Below, piece by piece: positions 39,201-53,500 of a stretch of DNA of 64,000 nt. A model generated the notes under the pieces. That model searched no databases and was not told the origin of the DNA. It saw only the letters and a program-made list of their open reading frames with translations. The DNA is from Haliotis cracherodii (lineage: Eukaryota). Within the stretch, counting starts at the first letter, position 1. Each line of letters begins with the position of its first letter. The stretch lies in NCBI RefSeq assembly GCF_022045235.1, contig NW_027266319.1:16926001-16990000 (forward strand), written 5' to 3'. A program made the position numbers and the translations under genes.

Positions 39201-42200
39201 TAGCCAATCACGGACCTATAATTTGATCTCACACGTTTGCTGTTATTTCAAATGGGTTTCTCAACCACAGGTGTATAAGAATTTTCCGCCCACATGTCGT
39301 TCTGGTCATGACGTCATACTGCAATAAGTATGACGTCATGTTATTATGATGATGTCACATTGTAACACTTTTGTCCTGATGAACTGAGCGGGAGCGAAAG
39401 TACTTTGTATGCTTGACCGACAAATGACATTCTACAGCGAAGTCAGCATCTATGAATTTACCTAAGTATCTATTTGGCACATTTTTATAATCACACTTCA
39501 GTGATCAGCCAAGTGATTAGTAATGAATAACACTTGTTATCGCCACAGTTTCACGAACAACTTCAGAAATCGATCCAATCACGTTTATCTTGTCGGCCAT
39601 TTGGACGTCCTGTATTGATGTAAATGTATTACGACGCACCGTGACGGTTAATGACTGACGTTGTTCTCAAGGAACCTTTATCTTATTTAATGATGACCTT
39701 ATTTGGATCTATGTGTTATAACCAAACTACAAAAGATGTTCCCGTAGAGCACGTTGAGCATACATACGCTCATGTAACATCTCCAGTTGATGAACTATTT
39801 TATTCCGCGTTACAGTTGTTTGTTGTATGGATGTAAGTGTAAACGTTAATCATACGTACTAAATGAAATTATGCAATACCTGTGAGGTATAAAATAGTTA
39901 TATAAAACTTTGTGAAAGTGAAAGTCAGTTCTTAAATAAATAAAGTTTTTTTATTTTCTATTAACGCGACTACACCAATTACGTGTGGGTATACATGTAT
40001 ATGGGTTTCCTGTCATGTGGTACGGGTGCCTTTACATTGCCCATTGGATTCTTGTCAGTTCATCAAGGTGGTGGGGTCGTATGTTATCTAAACGTCATAT
40101 CATGCAGGTGTCGCGGCTCTCTAACACAGGTGGCCACAATCTAACAACACGAGGCATACAGATCAGTAATTTCAGTGCATGTTGGATTAACCCTTCGATA
40201 CTACCTTCTTCTCCACACATGCACCATTGCATGCATATGTTTCACCTACAACATTAACAGGCATATGCATAGGTGTTTCCTTCTTACTTGTGTTACACCG
40301 CACTCACCAGTATTCCACATGTAGACCACTTCGACCTGTAAATAATCGATTTGGGCGAGGACACGCAGTGGTTGATAACGCGAGCAGTAGCGCTAAGTAG
40401 TGTTATAAGCACTGAGGTACCCTAAGTAGTGTTATATGCACTGAGATACCAACAGTAGTATTATATGGACTGAGATACCGATAGCAGTGTTATATACACT
40501 GAGATACCAGCAGTAGTGTTATAAGCAGTGAGATACCAGCAGTAGTATTATATGGACTGAGATACCGATAGCAGTGTTATATACACTGAGATACCAGCAG
40601 TAGTGTTGTATACACTGAGATACCTACAGTAGTGTTGTATACACTGAGATACCTACAGTAGTGTTATAAGCACTGAGATACCTACAGTAGTGTTATAAGC
40701 ACTGAGATACCCACAGTAGTGTCATATGCACTGAGATACCCACAGTAGTGTTGTATGCACTGGGATAGCCACAGTAGTGTTGTATGCACTCAAATACCCA
40801 CAGCAGTGTTATAAGCACTGAGATACCCACAGTAATGTTATAAGCACTGTGATACCAAAAGTAGTGTTATATACACTGGGATAGCCACAGTAGTGTTGTA
40901 TGCACTGAGATAGCCACAGTAGTTTTATAAGCACTGTGATACCAAAAGTAGTGTTATATACACTGGGATAGCCACAGTAGTGTCGTATGCACAGAGATAC
41001 CCACAGTAGTTTTATAAGCACTGTGATACCAAAAGTAGTGTTATATACACTGGGATAGCCACAGTAGTGTTGTATGCACTGAGATAGCCACAGTAGTTTT
41101 ATAAGCACTGTGATACCAAAAGTAGTGTTATATACACTGGGATAGCCACAGTAGTGTCGTATGCACAGAGATACCCACAGTAGTGTCATACGCACTGATA
41201 TACCGACAGCAGTGTCACATGCACTGAGATACCCACAGCAGTGTTATATGCACTGATATACCAACAGTAGTGTCATATGCACTGAGATACCCACAGTAGT
41301 GTTGTACAATGTGATATCCACAGTAGTGTTATAAGCACTGATATACCAACATTAGTGTCACATGCCAACGTTAGTGTTATATCCAATGTGATATCCACAG
41401 TAGTGTCACATGCTCTGAGATACCCACAATAGTGTCATATACACTTAGATACCCACAGTAGTGTTGTACAATGTGATATCCACAGTAGCGTTATAAGCAC
41501 TGATATACCAACAGTAGTGTCACCTGCTCACAGTAGTGTTATATTCAATGTGATATCTACAGTAGTGTTATATGCAATGTGATACCCACAGTGGTGTTAT
41601 AAGCACTGATATACCAACAGTAGTGTCGCATGCACTGAGATACCCACAGTAGTGTTATAAGTACTGATAAACCAACAATAGAGTCACATGCTCACAGTAG
41701 TGTTATATGCACTGTGATACCGACAGTAGTGTTATATGCGATGTGATATCCACAGTAGTGTTATAAGCACTGATATACCAACAGTAGTGTCGCATGCACT
41801 GAGATAACCACAGTAATGTTATATGCACTGAGATACCTACAGTAGTGTCGCATGCACTGAGATACCCACAGTAGTGTCATTTTCACTGATATACCAACAG
41901 TAGTGTCACATGCACTGAAATAACCACAGTAATGTTATATGCACTGAGATACCCACAGTAATGTTATATGCAATGAAATATTCATAGTAGTGTTATATGC
42001 AATCTGATATCCACATGGTGTAATAAGCAGTGATATACCTACTGTAGTGCCATATGCACTAAGATACCCACTGTAGTGTCATTTTCACTGATATACCAAC
42101 AGTAGGTCTGCATGCAGTGCGATACCGACTGTAGTGCTATGTGCAATGTGATATCCATTGTAGTGTTATATGCACTGATATACCAACAGTAGTGTCACAT

Positions 42201-45200
42201 GCCCACAGTAGTGTTATATGCAATGACATATCCATAGTAGTGTTATATGCACTGATATACCAACAGTAGTGTCACATGCCCACAGTGGTGTTATATGCAA
42301 TGTCATATCCATAGTTGTGTTATATGCACTGATATACCTACTGTAGCGGTATATGCACGGGGGGCGGTCGGGTAGCCTAGTGGTTAAAGCGTTCGCTCGT
42401 CACGCCGAAGACCCGGATTCGATTCCCGACATGGGTACAATGTGTGAAGCCCATTTCTGGTGTCCCCCGCAGTGATATTGCTAAAAGCGGCGTAAAACCA
42501 TACTCACTCACTTACTCACTCATATGCACGGAGATACCCACAGTAGTGTTATATGCAATGTGATATCCACAGTAGTGTTATAAGCACTGATAAACCAACA
42601 GTAGTGTCACATGCCCACAGTAGTGTTATATGCAATGTGATATCCACATGGTGTTTTATGCACTGATATACCTAATGTAGGGTCATATGCTCTGAGATAC
42701 CAAGAGTTAACTCTGACCTATAAATCAGCTGTCATAACTCCAGATAGAGGAGGTATGTCTATGGCTTTCCAACGTCACTTTCTGTCATTTTATATAAAGT
42801 GGGTCGATTAATGAATGTTGTACATTTGCATTAAGACAGCAATATTCCAACTATCACACCGGTCTGTAAGTTATGGATCGGCGAGCCATACCATCCAAAT
42901 AGTTGCGTGTGATTCCCAGAATCCGAAACATATGCCATGCCCACTAATGGAGTACTGTTACCTGATTGGCTGATAAGTGTGTGAATGAGCATAGTTTTAC
43001 GCCTCTTTTAGCAATGTTCCAGCAATATCCAGAAATACACCAGAAATGGGCTTCACACATTGTACCCATGTCGGGAATCGAACCCGAGTCTTCGGCGTGA
43101 GGAGCGAACGCTTTAACCACTAGGCTACCCGACCGCCCCGATTGGCTGATAAGAGAATGAGTGGTTGAGCTTGAATATTGTCACTGATTTAGTATTGTTG
43201 TCTGTAGTGTTTTGTGTTAATGGATAAATAAAGCTTTTATTGTTGAATTATTTATCGATAAGAATTGACTTCAATATGTTTGGTGTATATGAAGAGTTTA
43301 ACTTAAAAAAGACGGAATGCACATATTGCACAAATCCGCTACACGTATTTACACAGGTGTTTACGTTTATAGCTCCATAAACACCAACAATATTGAAACC
43401 TGTCAATTCGAACAGCGTGTAGTTTTGGGAACTTATCATATGTTCACAACAAGCTTCCACAGCAGATGATACAATAAAATTGCATTACAATGCTTTGCAG
43501 ACCATTGTGACAACATCGTGTACCATGGCGTCACAATCAAATGACATTATTAATCTCTCTGCCACTGGAGGTAGTTAGCAGTTAGTACTCTTCACACACA
43601 AGACACTGCATATTTAAGAAACGATCACGAGTCGTGTATTTCCTATATGATACAGCATTTTGTCCAGCCTCTTTAAGCATATTGAAAACATGTTCAAGCT
43701 TTAAAAATATTTACCCGCATTTAAATAATGATGACTCCCTCAATAGAATCCGACCTCGCCAATGTCGGACAAGTCGATTTTATGCATAGGTGGATTTTCC
43801 CCGCATATTCTCACAATCCTCACGTCGATTACCTGTACCTGTTCTCCAAATACCGATTGTCATATCTCACCCGCTTTTAGATGCGTTCGTTCAGCCATCG
43901 CATTAATCTGCGCAACCTGGTTCAAACTGAGAAAAGTTGGAAAATGATCTTTGGATGATGAAAAGAATTATATTCGGATCGATAAATGCTTTAAACCCCT
44001 CAGCAATCCTGTTTTTTTAAAAAATATCTTTTTTTTCAACTTTTATCGACTGATGTTTATATATTTGACATTAAAAGACACTCGAGTGAGATGCTCTATA
44101 CAACCATGAAGCACCATATGGTTAATGAAAACACAGATCATGGAAGATGGAGAAGTTATATAGAGAGACTTATATAAGTTATATGTGCAAATATCTGAGC
44201 TTGGAATCACTTTAGATGAACAAATTATTGCTTGCCATTCTTTTCTGCCTTCAGTAGGGTGACAAACTTATACAAGACCCCTCAAAAGAGGTGTGTCGTG
44301 ACGAGGTTGTTCAGCAGTGCCAAAACCAACATCGACTTTGATATCAAGGGGGTATCACAGAAAGCATGTTGGTAGTCAGGTAGATAGCAATGATGACCTA
44401 CGACCTGGAGGGTGTAGTCAGTATTAGCAATATCAGTTGAATATATGTACGTGCGAATGTGCGATGGCGTACAAACGTGTACGAACGCGTACGAACGCGT
44501 TTCAATGGTGTGTTTGAATGGTGAGTGGTATGTTGAGGTGTCTAATCATTTCAGCATAAAACAAATAATATATTTGGCAGTTGATATGTTGCTCAAAATG
44601 CACATTTTTTCAAGTTTTAAAGAGTGTTTTCTCGCTTTAAATTCAACATTCTAAGCCCAAATTGGACTTTTGGACATCTGTGGTAAATAAATGGATGTTG
44701 AAGTCACATATGATGGCTACAATGGGCGCCAGTCGTCGTGTTTCGTATGAACGTCAGGGACGCCTTCGTCGTTATTAACCTATTTGCACGCATGAGGTTT
44801 TAGCTCAAGTCTTTCTTCAGCAAAGTTTCATACATAATGATAATTTTTTTTACAAGCTACGGTCTCTCTGTTACCGGAAATAGCACACGTTGTATGTGTC
44901 GACAGCCATGAACAGTGGTGTTCAAAAGAGTTATCTCCCCTACCTTCTCACTCCTCACTGGTAGGGCTGCCCTGTGGCATTGTCTGACTGGTGACGAGTA
45001 GTTTTTCTGGGAGGTAATTATTGACGGGGTAGGTTGAAGCATCAGACGCGTGCGCTGTGTGTCCACCTGCGCGTGGCTCCAACATGATTAAACACTTCAA
45101 ACATCAAATCTGGCGGATGTTTTGCAAGAACCTAATCAGCCGCTTCAGCCCTGGTATGATCAATGTCGCTGGCTGGTCGTCGTAAATTGTTGCATGATGG

Positions 45201-48200
45201 TCACCGCTTTCTCTGTGTCGTGTAACTGCACCCTCGCCTACGCGTCTTCATCAGTCATGTCAGGGATGGGATCTCTGTGTTATATAGGACAGTATATGTT
45301 AAATACTGGAGTACACTATTGAATTTTCTGTGTTGTTTTTGACGTTACAGTAAAGTACGGTTATAACGAACTCAAAGGGATTACTAATTTTAGTTCGTTT
45401 TAACCGTAGTTCGTTATAAGCATATATACAGCATAACTACAGCAAATAGTCGGGACCAAAAGAGTAGTTCGTTATATCCGTCAGTTTGTTATAAGCGTGT
45501 TCGTTATAACCGTAGTTTATTGTACTTAAATGTAGGGTAATTTAGAGACAGACTAGAGTTTTTGTTTGTTTGTTGTTTAACGCCGCACACAGCAATATTC
45601 CAGCTATATAATCGAGTCTGGACAGGACAACCAAAGGATTGATATCATGACATGTATCAACCATGTATGGGATACAATGACATGTGTCAACCAAGTCAGT
45701 GAACCTGACTACCCGATCCCGTTAGTCTAGAGTATAACAAATACAAAAGCAACATGATGCTTCTATAAAGCAGTGATTTATCTAAAGTATCTTAAGCCAA
45801 GCATAACATGGTGTACACACAAGTAGCGACAGATCAACTACTTTCGAGCTTAAATTAATCAATACATGATATATAATGCATCATCTACTATCAAGCAATA
45901 CAGAATATATCATAACAAAGAGCATGATATACTTTCAAAAAATACATGATATACCATCAAGAAGTACATGACATACCACCCAGCAGAATATGCTATAGCA
46001 TCAGGCAGTACATGATATAGCATCAGGCAGTACATGATATAGCATCAGGCAGTACATGATATAGTATCAGGCAGTACATGATATAGTATCAGGCAGTACA
46101 TGATATAGTATCAGGCAGTACATGATATAGTATCAGGGAGTACATGATATAGTATCAGGCAGTACATGATATAGTATCAGGCAGTACATGATAAAGCATC
46201 AGGCGGTACATGATGTAGCATCAGGCAGTACATGATATAGTATCAGGCAGTACATGATATATCATCAGGCAGTACATGATATAGTATCAGGCAGTACATG
46301 ATAAAGCATCAGGCGGTACATGATGTAGCATCAGGTAGTACATGATATATCATCAGGTAGTACATGATATAGTATCAGGCATTACATGATATAGTATCAG
46401 GCAGTACATGATTAAGTATCAGGCAGTACATGATACACCCAAATACAGTTACTGTACATGATATACCATCAGACAATTCATGATCTACTCACTATCAAGC
46501 AATGCACGAAATGCCATCAAACAGTACATTATCTCTTATCAGGCAATGCATGATCTACTATCAAGCAGTACATAAAATACTGTTACAAAGTGGAGGCACG
46601 GGTGACCCAGTCTGAGGCGCCGCAATTCGCTGTGCAGAGTTACGTCCCTTGGACACGCCAGAAACCTATGGTTGTGGGTTCGAATCTCGGTTCGCCCGGA
46701 TTATGTTTCTAGGTTTGTCAACACCATACCCATGCTAGAGGGTTTCACCGAGGTGGTAAACGTCTGAGACCTGCATCACCTCGGGCTTTCCTCCCACATT
46801 AAGCTGACACGCCGTGATATAACTGGGATACTGTTACAAGCGGCGTTAAACCCAACTCACTCACACTTTACTTTAAGTATTTACTAGTTATGAGTATGTG
46901 ACGCGTCCAGTCCAGTTGTGCTTGTAGGTGCGGTCGGCATGTCGATTCCCATTTGACACCCACACCCATCCACACACCTGTAGTACTGGCGCACAGTGCA
47001 GTTAAAACAACCAGAAAAAAACTGGAAATTAAAACACGATTATTATCTTCCTTAAGTGGTTAAAACTGTGTTTCTTAGATACGCCTCACTTTGGCTGAGT
47101 GCAAGTCACTGCTTGACGTGTCCATTAGTTGACAACACAAGAACATGTCTAGAGAATGACTTTTTAAACAGGGATACCCGCAACTGGTTATGGACAATAA
47201 TTCCGTTATCATTTCAGACAGTACTGTTAAGTCACGTGACCAGCCGCGATAGAGACACATTACCTTTGAACTCAACTTGGCCATAGGAGAGAAATATCCG
47301 TGTGAAATAATTTTGATATATTATTTATGACGACCAATTTATATTCAGGATATTTAAGTTCTTAAATATTTCGAATGAGATATTTTCAATTTGAAACTTG
47401 GAGACAACAGATTTACAGTGTATGTATTCCCATGACGTAACACAGTCATGTGATTATTTGAGGGCGTGGTCTACTATTTCGTCACGTGGTCAAATCTAGT
47501 CAAGCTAAATTCAACACTGGCGTTTTTGTATATACAGCTATATCCACCTTTGGGCGAAACAATCCAACGGAAAATTAAAACGGAAAATGTTTGAAAATAA
47601 AAACAATCCTTCACATGAAAATACTCATGAAAAACTATAATTTGGAGAATGAATTTTCCATTGAACGAAATGTAAATGGTACTAATTATTATTCGCCTCT
47701 TGTCTTGGCAGTCGTGAAGACCCTTGGCAGTTTCTTGTCTGAACGAGTGTATTGTGGGGACACTCGAAAATATCATGTCCGCTTAGGATTATGATCGGTC
47801 ACAGATTCGGTAGAAAAAAAATCGAAACTTGATAGAACGACCCTATTCAGAAAGAGCGTAGAGGGTGTAATATTATCGGCGTTTCTCTTCTGCGCCATTT
47901 TATATGTACTATTGATAACAGCTGGCCACACTACCCAAACTATTTGAACTACTCGAGATTCTAGTTCTGACAGGTTGGTTATGCTGCACTTCAATGTGTC
48001 ATCAATTATCAAAGTGTCCAACTACAGTGTCAGCATTAGTCACTTCTTGACAACATAAGGACGTGAAAAGAGTTCAGAGCTTAACGCTCGCACTATAGTC
48101 AAAGCCACAAATACCTATACGGTACCCATTCTTTCATATTCTTTTGGTGTTGTTGATTGGACGAAACAAGAAATGCAGGGTATCGACACCCTCACACGAA

Positions 48201-50465
48201 GAATCGTGCCAGATAAAAAATCTCACCAACCTCGCTCTGCCCTCAATCGCGGGGTTTGATTAACGTATAGGCTCTTCATGATATTGTATTGTGCACATTT
48301 GCACACGTTTTCTTGTCTGATGAAGCATGTCAAGACTCATAATGAAAACAAAGCATTCCACAGTTTCCTTAAACGAGCCAAGGATGTCGGACATAATCTC
48401 AATGTGAGTGCTGATTTTGTTGATGGTCTTGTCAACCAAGCGAAGTGCCATATCAAATCAGACCAGATTCAGTTTTTCAGGGAGAGGCTATCTGAACGAC
48501 CACTGCATCTAGTTTATGTTCAGCGTGTTGAGAAGAACAGCAACCCTACTTCGCTTGGATGAAGTCGGCTGGCCAGGGAAGTGAAGTTTTTTGTTTGCTG
48601 CTCAGGACCAGTCACTTCCCACTTGAAGCCGTCAATGTGTGATTTTGCATCATAATGTAAATATGAAATGTAGATTATGCAATGAATTTAATGAGACTGT
48701 CCGACACATTGTCAGTGGATGCCCAGGGTATGCACAAACACTGTTTCTTAAGCGACACGAGGGCGTGTCTCGATCCTTTTATTACCGTCTTGGCCATGCC
48801 TGTGGTTTTGTCGCAGACGTCCACCCGTGGTCCGACCCAGAATATGTAGAGGGCGTCATGGAAAATGATAAATACAAAATTCTTTGGCACAGGCCCTTAT
48901 ACAGACTCTGGTTGGGCAGCGTTCCTGAGGAAGTCCGATTCGCTGTCTGGGCTTGCGTGTAGAGGGGGCAAGCGCCCTGAGCTAATGATGAGCCTAAGCA
49001 GTCTGACTATGCCTGGATCATCCAAACACTCTTTGATGCATTTATTTATTTGTATCTGTACATTATGATAATAAAGTCCATTTGTATGGCGTTTTTACAT
49101 GCTGAATATATCCAAAGAGCAGAAAGAAAAAACAAAGTTTAGTCAAAGGCTTGGCTGGTGCGGAGTCAAGTTCTAAAGGCTGAGTAGGTTAAATAGTTGC
49201 GAAGTTCAAGGAAAGATTGTTCCACTGATTGGCTGCTTCATTGGAGAAAGATCGCTGTCCATAACTACTAGTTAAAATTAGACACAAGACGTTGTGATTC
49301 TGAACGGAGAGATCCGGAGGTTAGGTGGAGGAAGGTCACAAGGACATGATGGAGCTGTTTCATTGTGTCACTGAGTGGAACAAATTATGCTGCTTTGTTC
49401 TGGATGGATAGTAGGCTGTTGACTTTTAGGAGAACCTGCAAGTAGACTTTAGCAAATAGTCAATCCTCGAGATGATTTGGGAAAGACTCAATAGTGCAAG
49501 TGACATATTTGACAGCTGACTGAACTGTTTGAGTAGCTTGAGGTCAGAATCTAGGATAACACAAGGTCCTTTCCACTGGAGGAAATTGGAATTGATAATT
49601 CTTCAATATTAACTATCTCAAGGTGACAATTGTTGAGTCTTCTTGAAGGACTAATTACAATTAATTATTCTCGTCATTAAGCCTTAGTTTGTTGAGAGAC
49701 ATCCATGCCTTAGAGTATTGACAGGAGTCAGACAGTTACTGAGTCAATAGATGTTGAAGGATCAGGCTTGAAGAACTTGAGGAGTGTCGTTGAATAGATG
49801 ATGCAGACTTTGTTTCTGGGTGTTGTCACCAATGAGTTTTGCATAGAGAGTAAAGAGGGTTGGACTGAGGACCGATCCTTGTGGGACTCCATATTCAAGA
49901 TGAATAGGAGCGGATGGTACTCTTTGTCAGACAGAATTTCACCCAGTTCAGTGCAGATCCTCTGAGGCCAACTTCATTAAATTGTCTCCTCATGGTGAAT
50001 GGTGTCAAAGGCTAAGCTGAGGTCCAGAAGAAGTAAAAGGGCAACATTACCATTATCAACACCACGTCGTAGATCGTTAATGGCTTTGAGCAGGGCGGTT
50101 TCTGTGCCATTATGGGCCATGTAGGCTGATTGCAGAGGCTAGTGAAGATTGTACGTTTCAAGATGTTCTGAGAGACGATGACAAAGGGTTTCGTCTACAA
50201 GCTTCGATATATATGACCGATTAAATACTGATTTGCTTCAGGTTTGCTGAGTCAAGTCCTGTTCTTTTCAGTAGCCATGGCAGCCATTAGGACATTTGGC
50301 ATAGTACCAGATGTAATGGACGAGTGAGATTTTTGTTATGTTTGGTAGCAAGATATCCATATTCTCACAGACACGTTGTGTCGGGGTTTGGCAAAAGTGC
50401 AATATGAAATGAGGAAAACGCCACGTTCATGAGCATTGAATTTATGTAGCGATGTGCTTTAACAC

Positions 50466-50510
<45 letters not shown>

Positions 50511-53500
50511 CGCGCGTGTGTGCATGTGTGTCTTTACTTGTACTAGTCCAGGCCGATGCCATTGTTATAGTGCTAGACCTTTTTATATACCCTGCTGCAG
50601 TTAAACAGATTCCCGACACAGACGACTTGTGACTCCTAGCCGAACGTCAGACAGGGTAACAAAAAATACGATCTTTTAACATCTTTTGGTATGAGATCTT
50701 CGCTCTACTGGATGTCCTTCACTGGCCAACACCTGGTGTCACGGATTGTGAATGACACAGGAGCGAATACCTGGTGTCAGGGCAAGGTATTTTCACAAAC
50801 GTAGCGAACACCTGTTGCCATTGTCACAGGGATCCTGGCGTTCTGGTTTTGTGTTGAAAAAAAAATCCTCATGTTGTGTTCGAATTTAAAAGATGTGTTA
50901 ATTTTACTTTCGGACTTCCTCATACATATTTCACACAAAATGATTATACATGTAGTTGTGCAATATTAGAAAAAAAGGAAGTCAGACCTTGTCTAACCAC
51001 CACGCTTGCAATAGTTTCCAGATATGCCCTCGCGTTCACTGTCTTCTGAAGGTACTTCCTTTATTCATTGAGTGATGACGCACCTTCCACACTTCTTTGG
51101 CTTGTACCATGGCAGTAATAGCCTGAGCTTAATCTACTCATGTCTTCTCTTAGGTTCTCTCGTTACAGCAAAGAGCGACGAGATTGGTAAGGATCAATTC
51201 ACAACGACGTTGAAACCCAGCCGTGGCATTAAGACACTGTGATCCTGGTCTGGTTTTACGTTCACAAAAGGCGCGCGCCGATGACGATGTCATTGAATAT
51301 TGCTCAGCAGACAGGAAGTTTGTAGACAAGGTCACCAATTGCTTATATTGATATTCATTCATACCAGAATTAAGCTTTCTAACTAGTATGGTGGCAATGC
51401 CAATATCATACACATATATCATATTCTGTCCGAATGTGCTGTCTTTATGACCAATGTATTCGGCATCGCCTGCGATTTGGGCCAGCTGTCTGTCACAACA
51501 GAAACATCGAACACCAAGAGAGACATCTAAATGCATGATTGATAACTAATGTCATTTCGGAGACATTCGTATAACTGAGGTCCATGCTATCCTTTCACCA
51601 GTGTTGCTTTGCTTGTTCTTATTGCGTGAATGTTTTTCACATATTATTGTAAAGGGTTTACACATATAACGTCGACTGCATTATCCACCATTTACAAACT
51701 ACAGTCAGATGTGACCACCATATACTGACTACAGTCAGATGTTGTCTCCATATGTACTGAGCACTGTGTCAGAAATGACATTCGTATAACTGAGGTCCAT
51801 GTCATCCTTTCACCAGTGTTGCTTTGCTTGTTCTTATTGCGTGAATGTTTTTCACATATTATTGCAAAGGGTTTCCACATATAACGTCGACTGCATTGTC
51901 CACCATTTACAAACTACATTGTGACCACCATATACTGACTACAGTCAGATGTGACCACCATATACTGACTACAGTCAGATGTGGTCACCACATACTGACT
52001 ACAGTCAGATGTGGTCACCATATGTACTGAGTACTGTGTTAGAAATGACCACAATGTAATAACTTTGAAGTCAGATGAGACCGCCTATTGTATTGGTTAT
52101 ACTCAATACTAAATATTAAAAGCATTTTACTGATGGGATGGGTGTAGACGAAACAAATTATAATTAAATAATAAACACTCCACGTGCTGTCACTTCAATA
52201 ACAAGGAAACAGAGATGCAAGTTACAAGATGCAAGATGCAGATGCAAAAACGATGACACACCCTCGAGGTGGAATTTAAGCGTCCTAGTACCGATGACAG
52301 TTTGCCACTGATGTACTGGGGCTTTCAGTGAACGACCCACAAAATTCCGTCCAATTGTTGTCATCAGCCATACTGAGTAGCACGAGAGTAACAATATTAT
52401 TTCTTGCTTTTAGGGTTTGCGTCTATGACGGTGCCAGTGTACGTCGCCGAGGCTGCCCCTCCAACCATCCGGGGACGTCTTGTCACCCTCAACCAGCTCT
52501 TCATCACCATTGGCATCGTCGTCTCCGCTCTCGTCGCTGGCGCCTTCAGCTTCCTCAAACCAGAGGGATGGCGGTACGTGGGAGTGCTGCGTATTTTGTT
52601 AAATTAAATGCAGGTTGATCGCGGGGACTCCGGCTTAAAACTGGTCCCCAGCATCTTATGCTGTTCGTAAGAGGCGACCAAATGAATCGTGTGGTCAGGC
52701 TCGGTGCCTTGCGTCATGACGTGTCATTGTATCCCAAAGGCGTGGGTAGTTGTTCACAATATCCATATATCTTAAATATTGCCGCGTTCATCGTTAAACA
52801 ACAAACAAAAAAACAATGCAGGTTGAAAAAAAATAATAAAACATCCACAATGAATGTCAGCAACAGAAATCATTGTCCTCCCCAAATATTTTAAAGTATC
52901 CCCCCCTATCCACACTTTAGGTAGAAAAGCAAATAAAATTCATATAATTGACGGTCCAATTATACCATTACCATTAATAAGTGACGGATGCCGCAGGTGG
53001 GGCAGTATACGCTCACCTTTTCGCGAACACATGGTATCATTACTATGTTGCTAGTGATTCACAAACACGTGCTCATGATGTAGTCGGAATCGTGCAATGG
53101 TGATTTCTTATGATTATGGAAATAGTATTTAATTATTATTTAATATATTCCACAGCTACATGCTAGGGCTGGCTGGAGTCCCGGGGGTGATCCAGTTTGT
53201 TGGTTTCTTCTTCCTCCCCGAATCCCCCCGCTGGCTTGTGGACAAGGGCCGGATAGACGAGGCAAGGAAGGTGCTACAGAAGATCCGAAGCACGGACAAC
53301 GTTCAAATGGAACTGCAGGAGATTCAGGACAACATCGAGATGGATAGGAGGAACTCTCCTGGAGGTGAGAACAGAAGCTAGAAGGTAGAGGATAAGATAG
53401 ATGGGCGGGGAGAGCTCTCCTGGAGGTGAGGGTAGAGGATAAGATAGATTGGCGGGAAGAACTCTCCTGGAGGTGAGGGTAGAGGATAAGATAGATGGGC

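Noticed and set aside
39370-39426. CTGATGA...GAAA hammerhead-like core
   Set aside because: Stem II does not pair adequately and no NUH site adjoins a stem I; probably chance.
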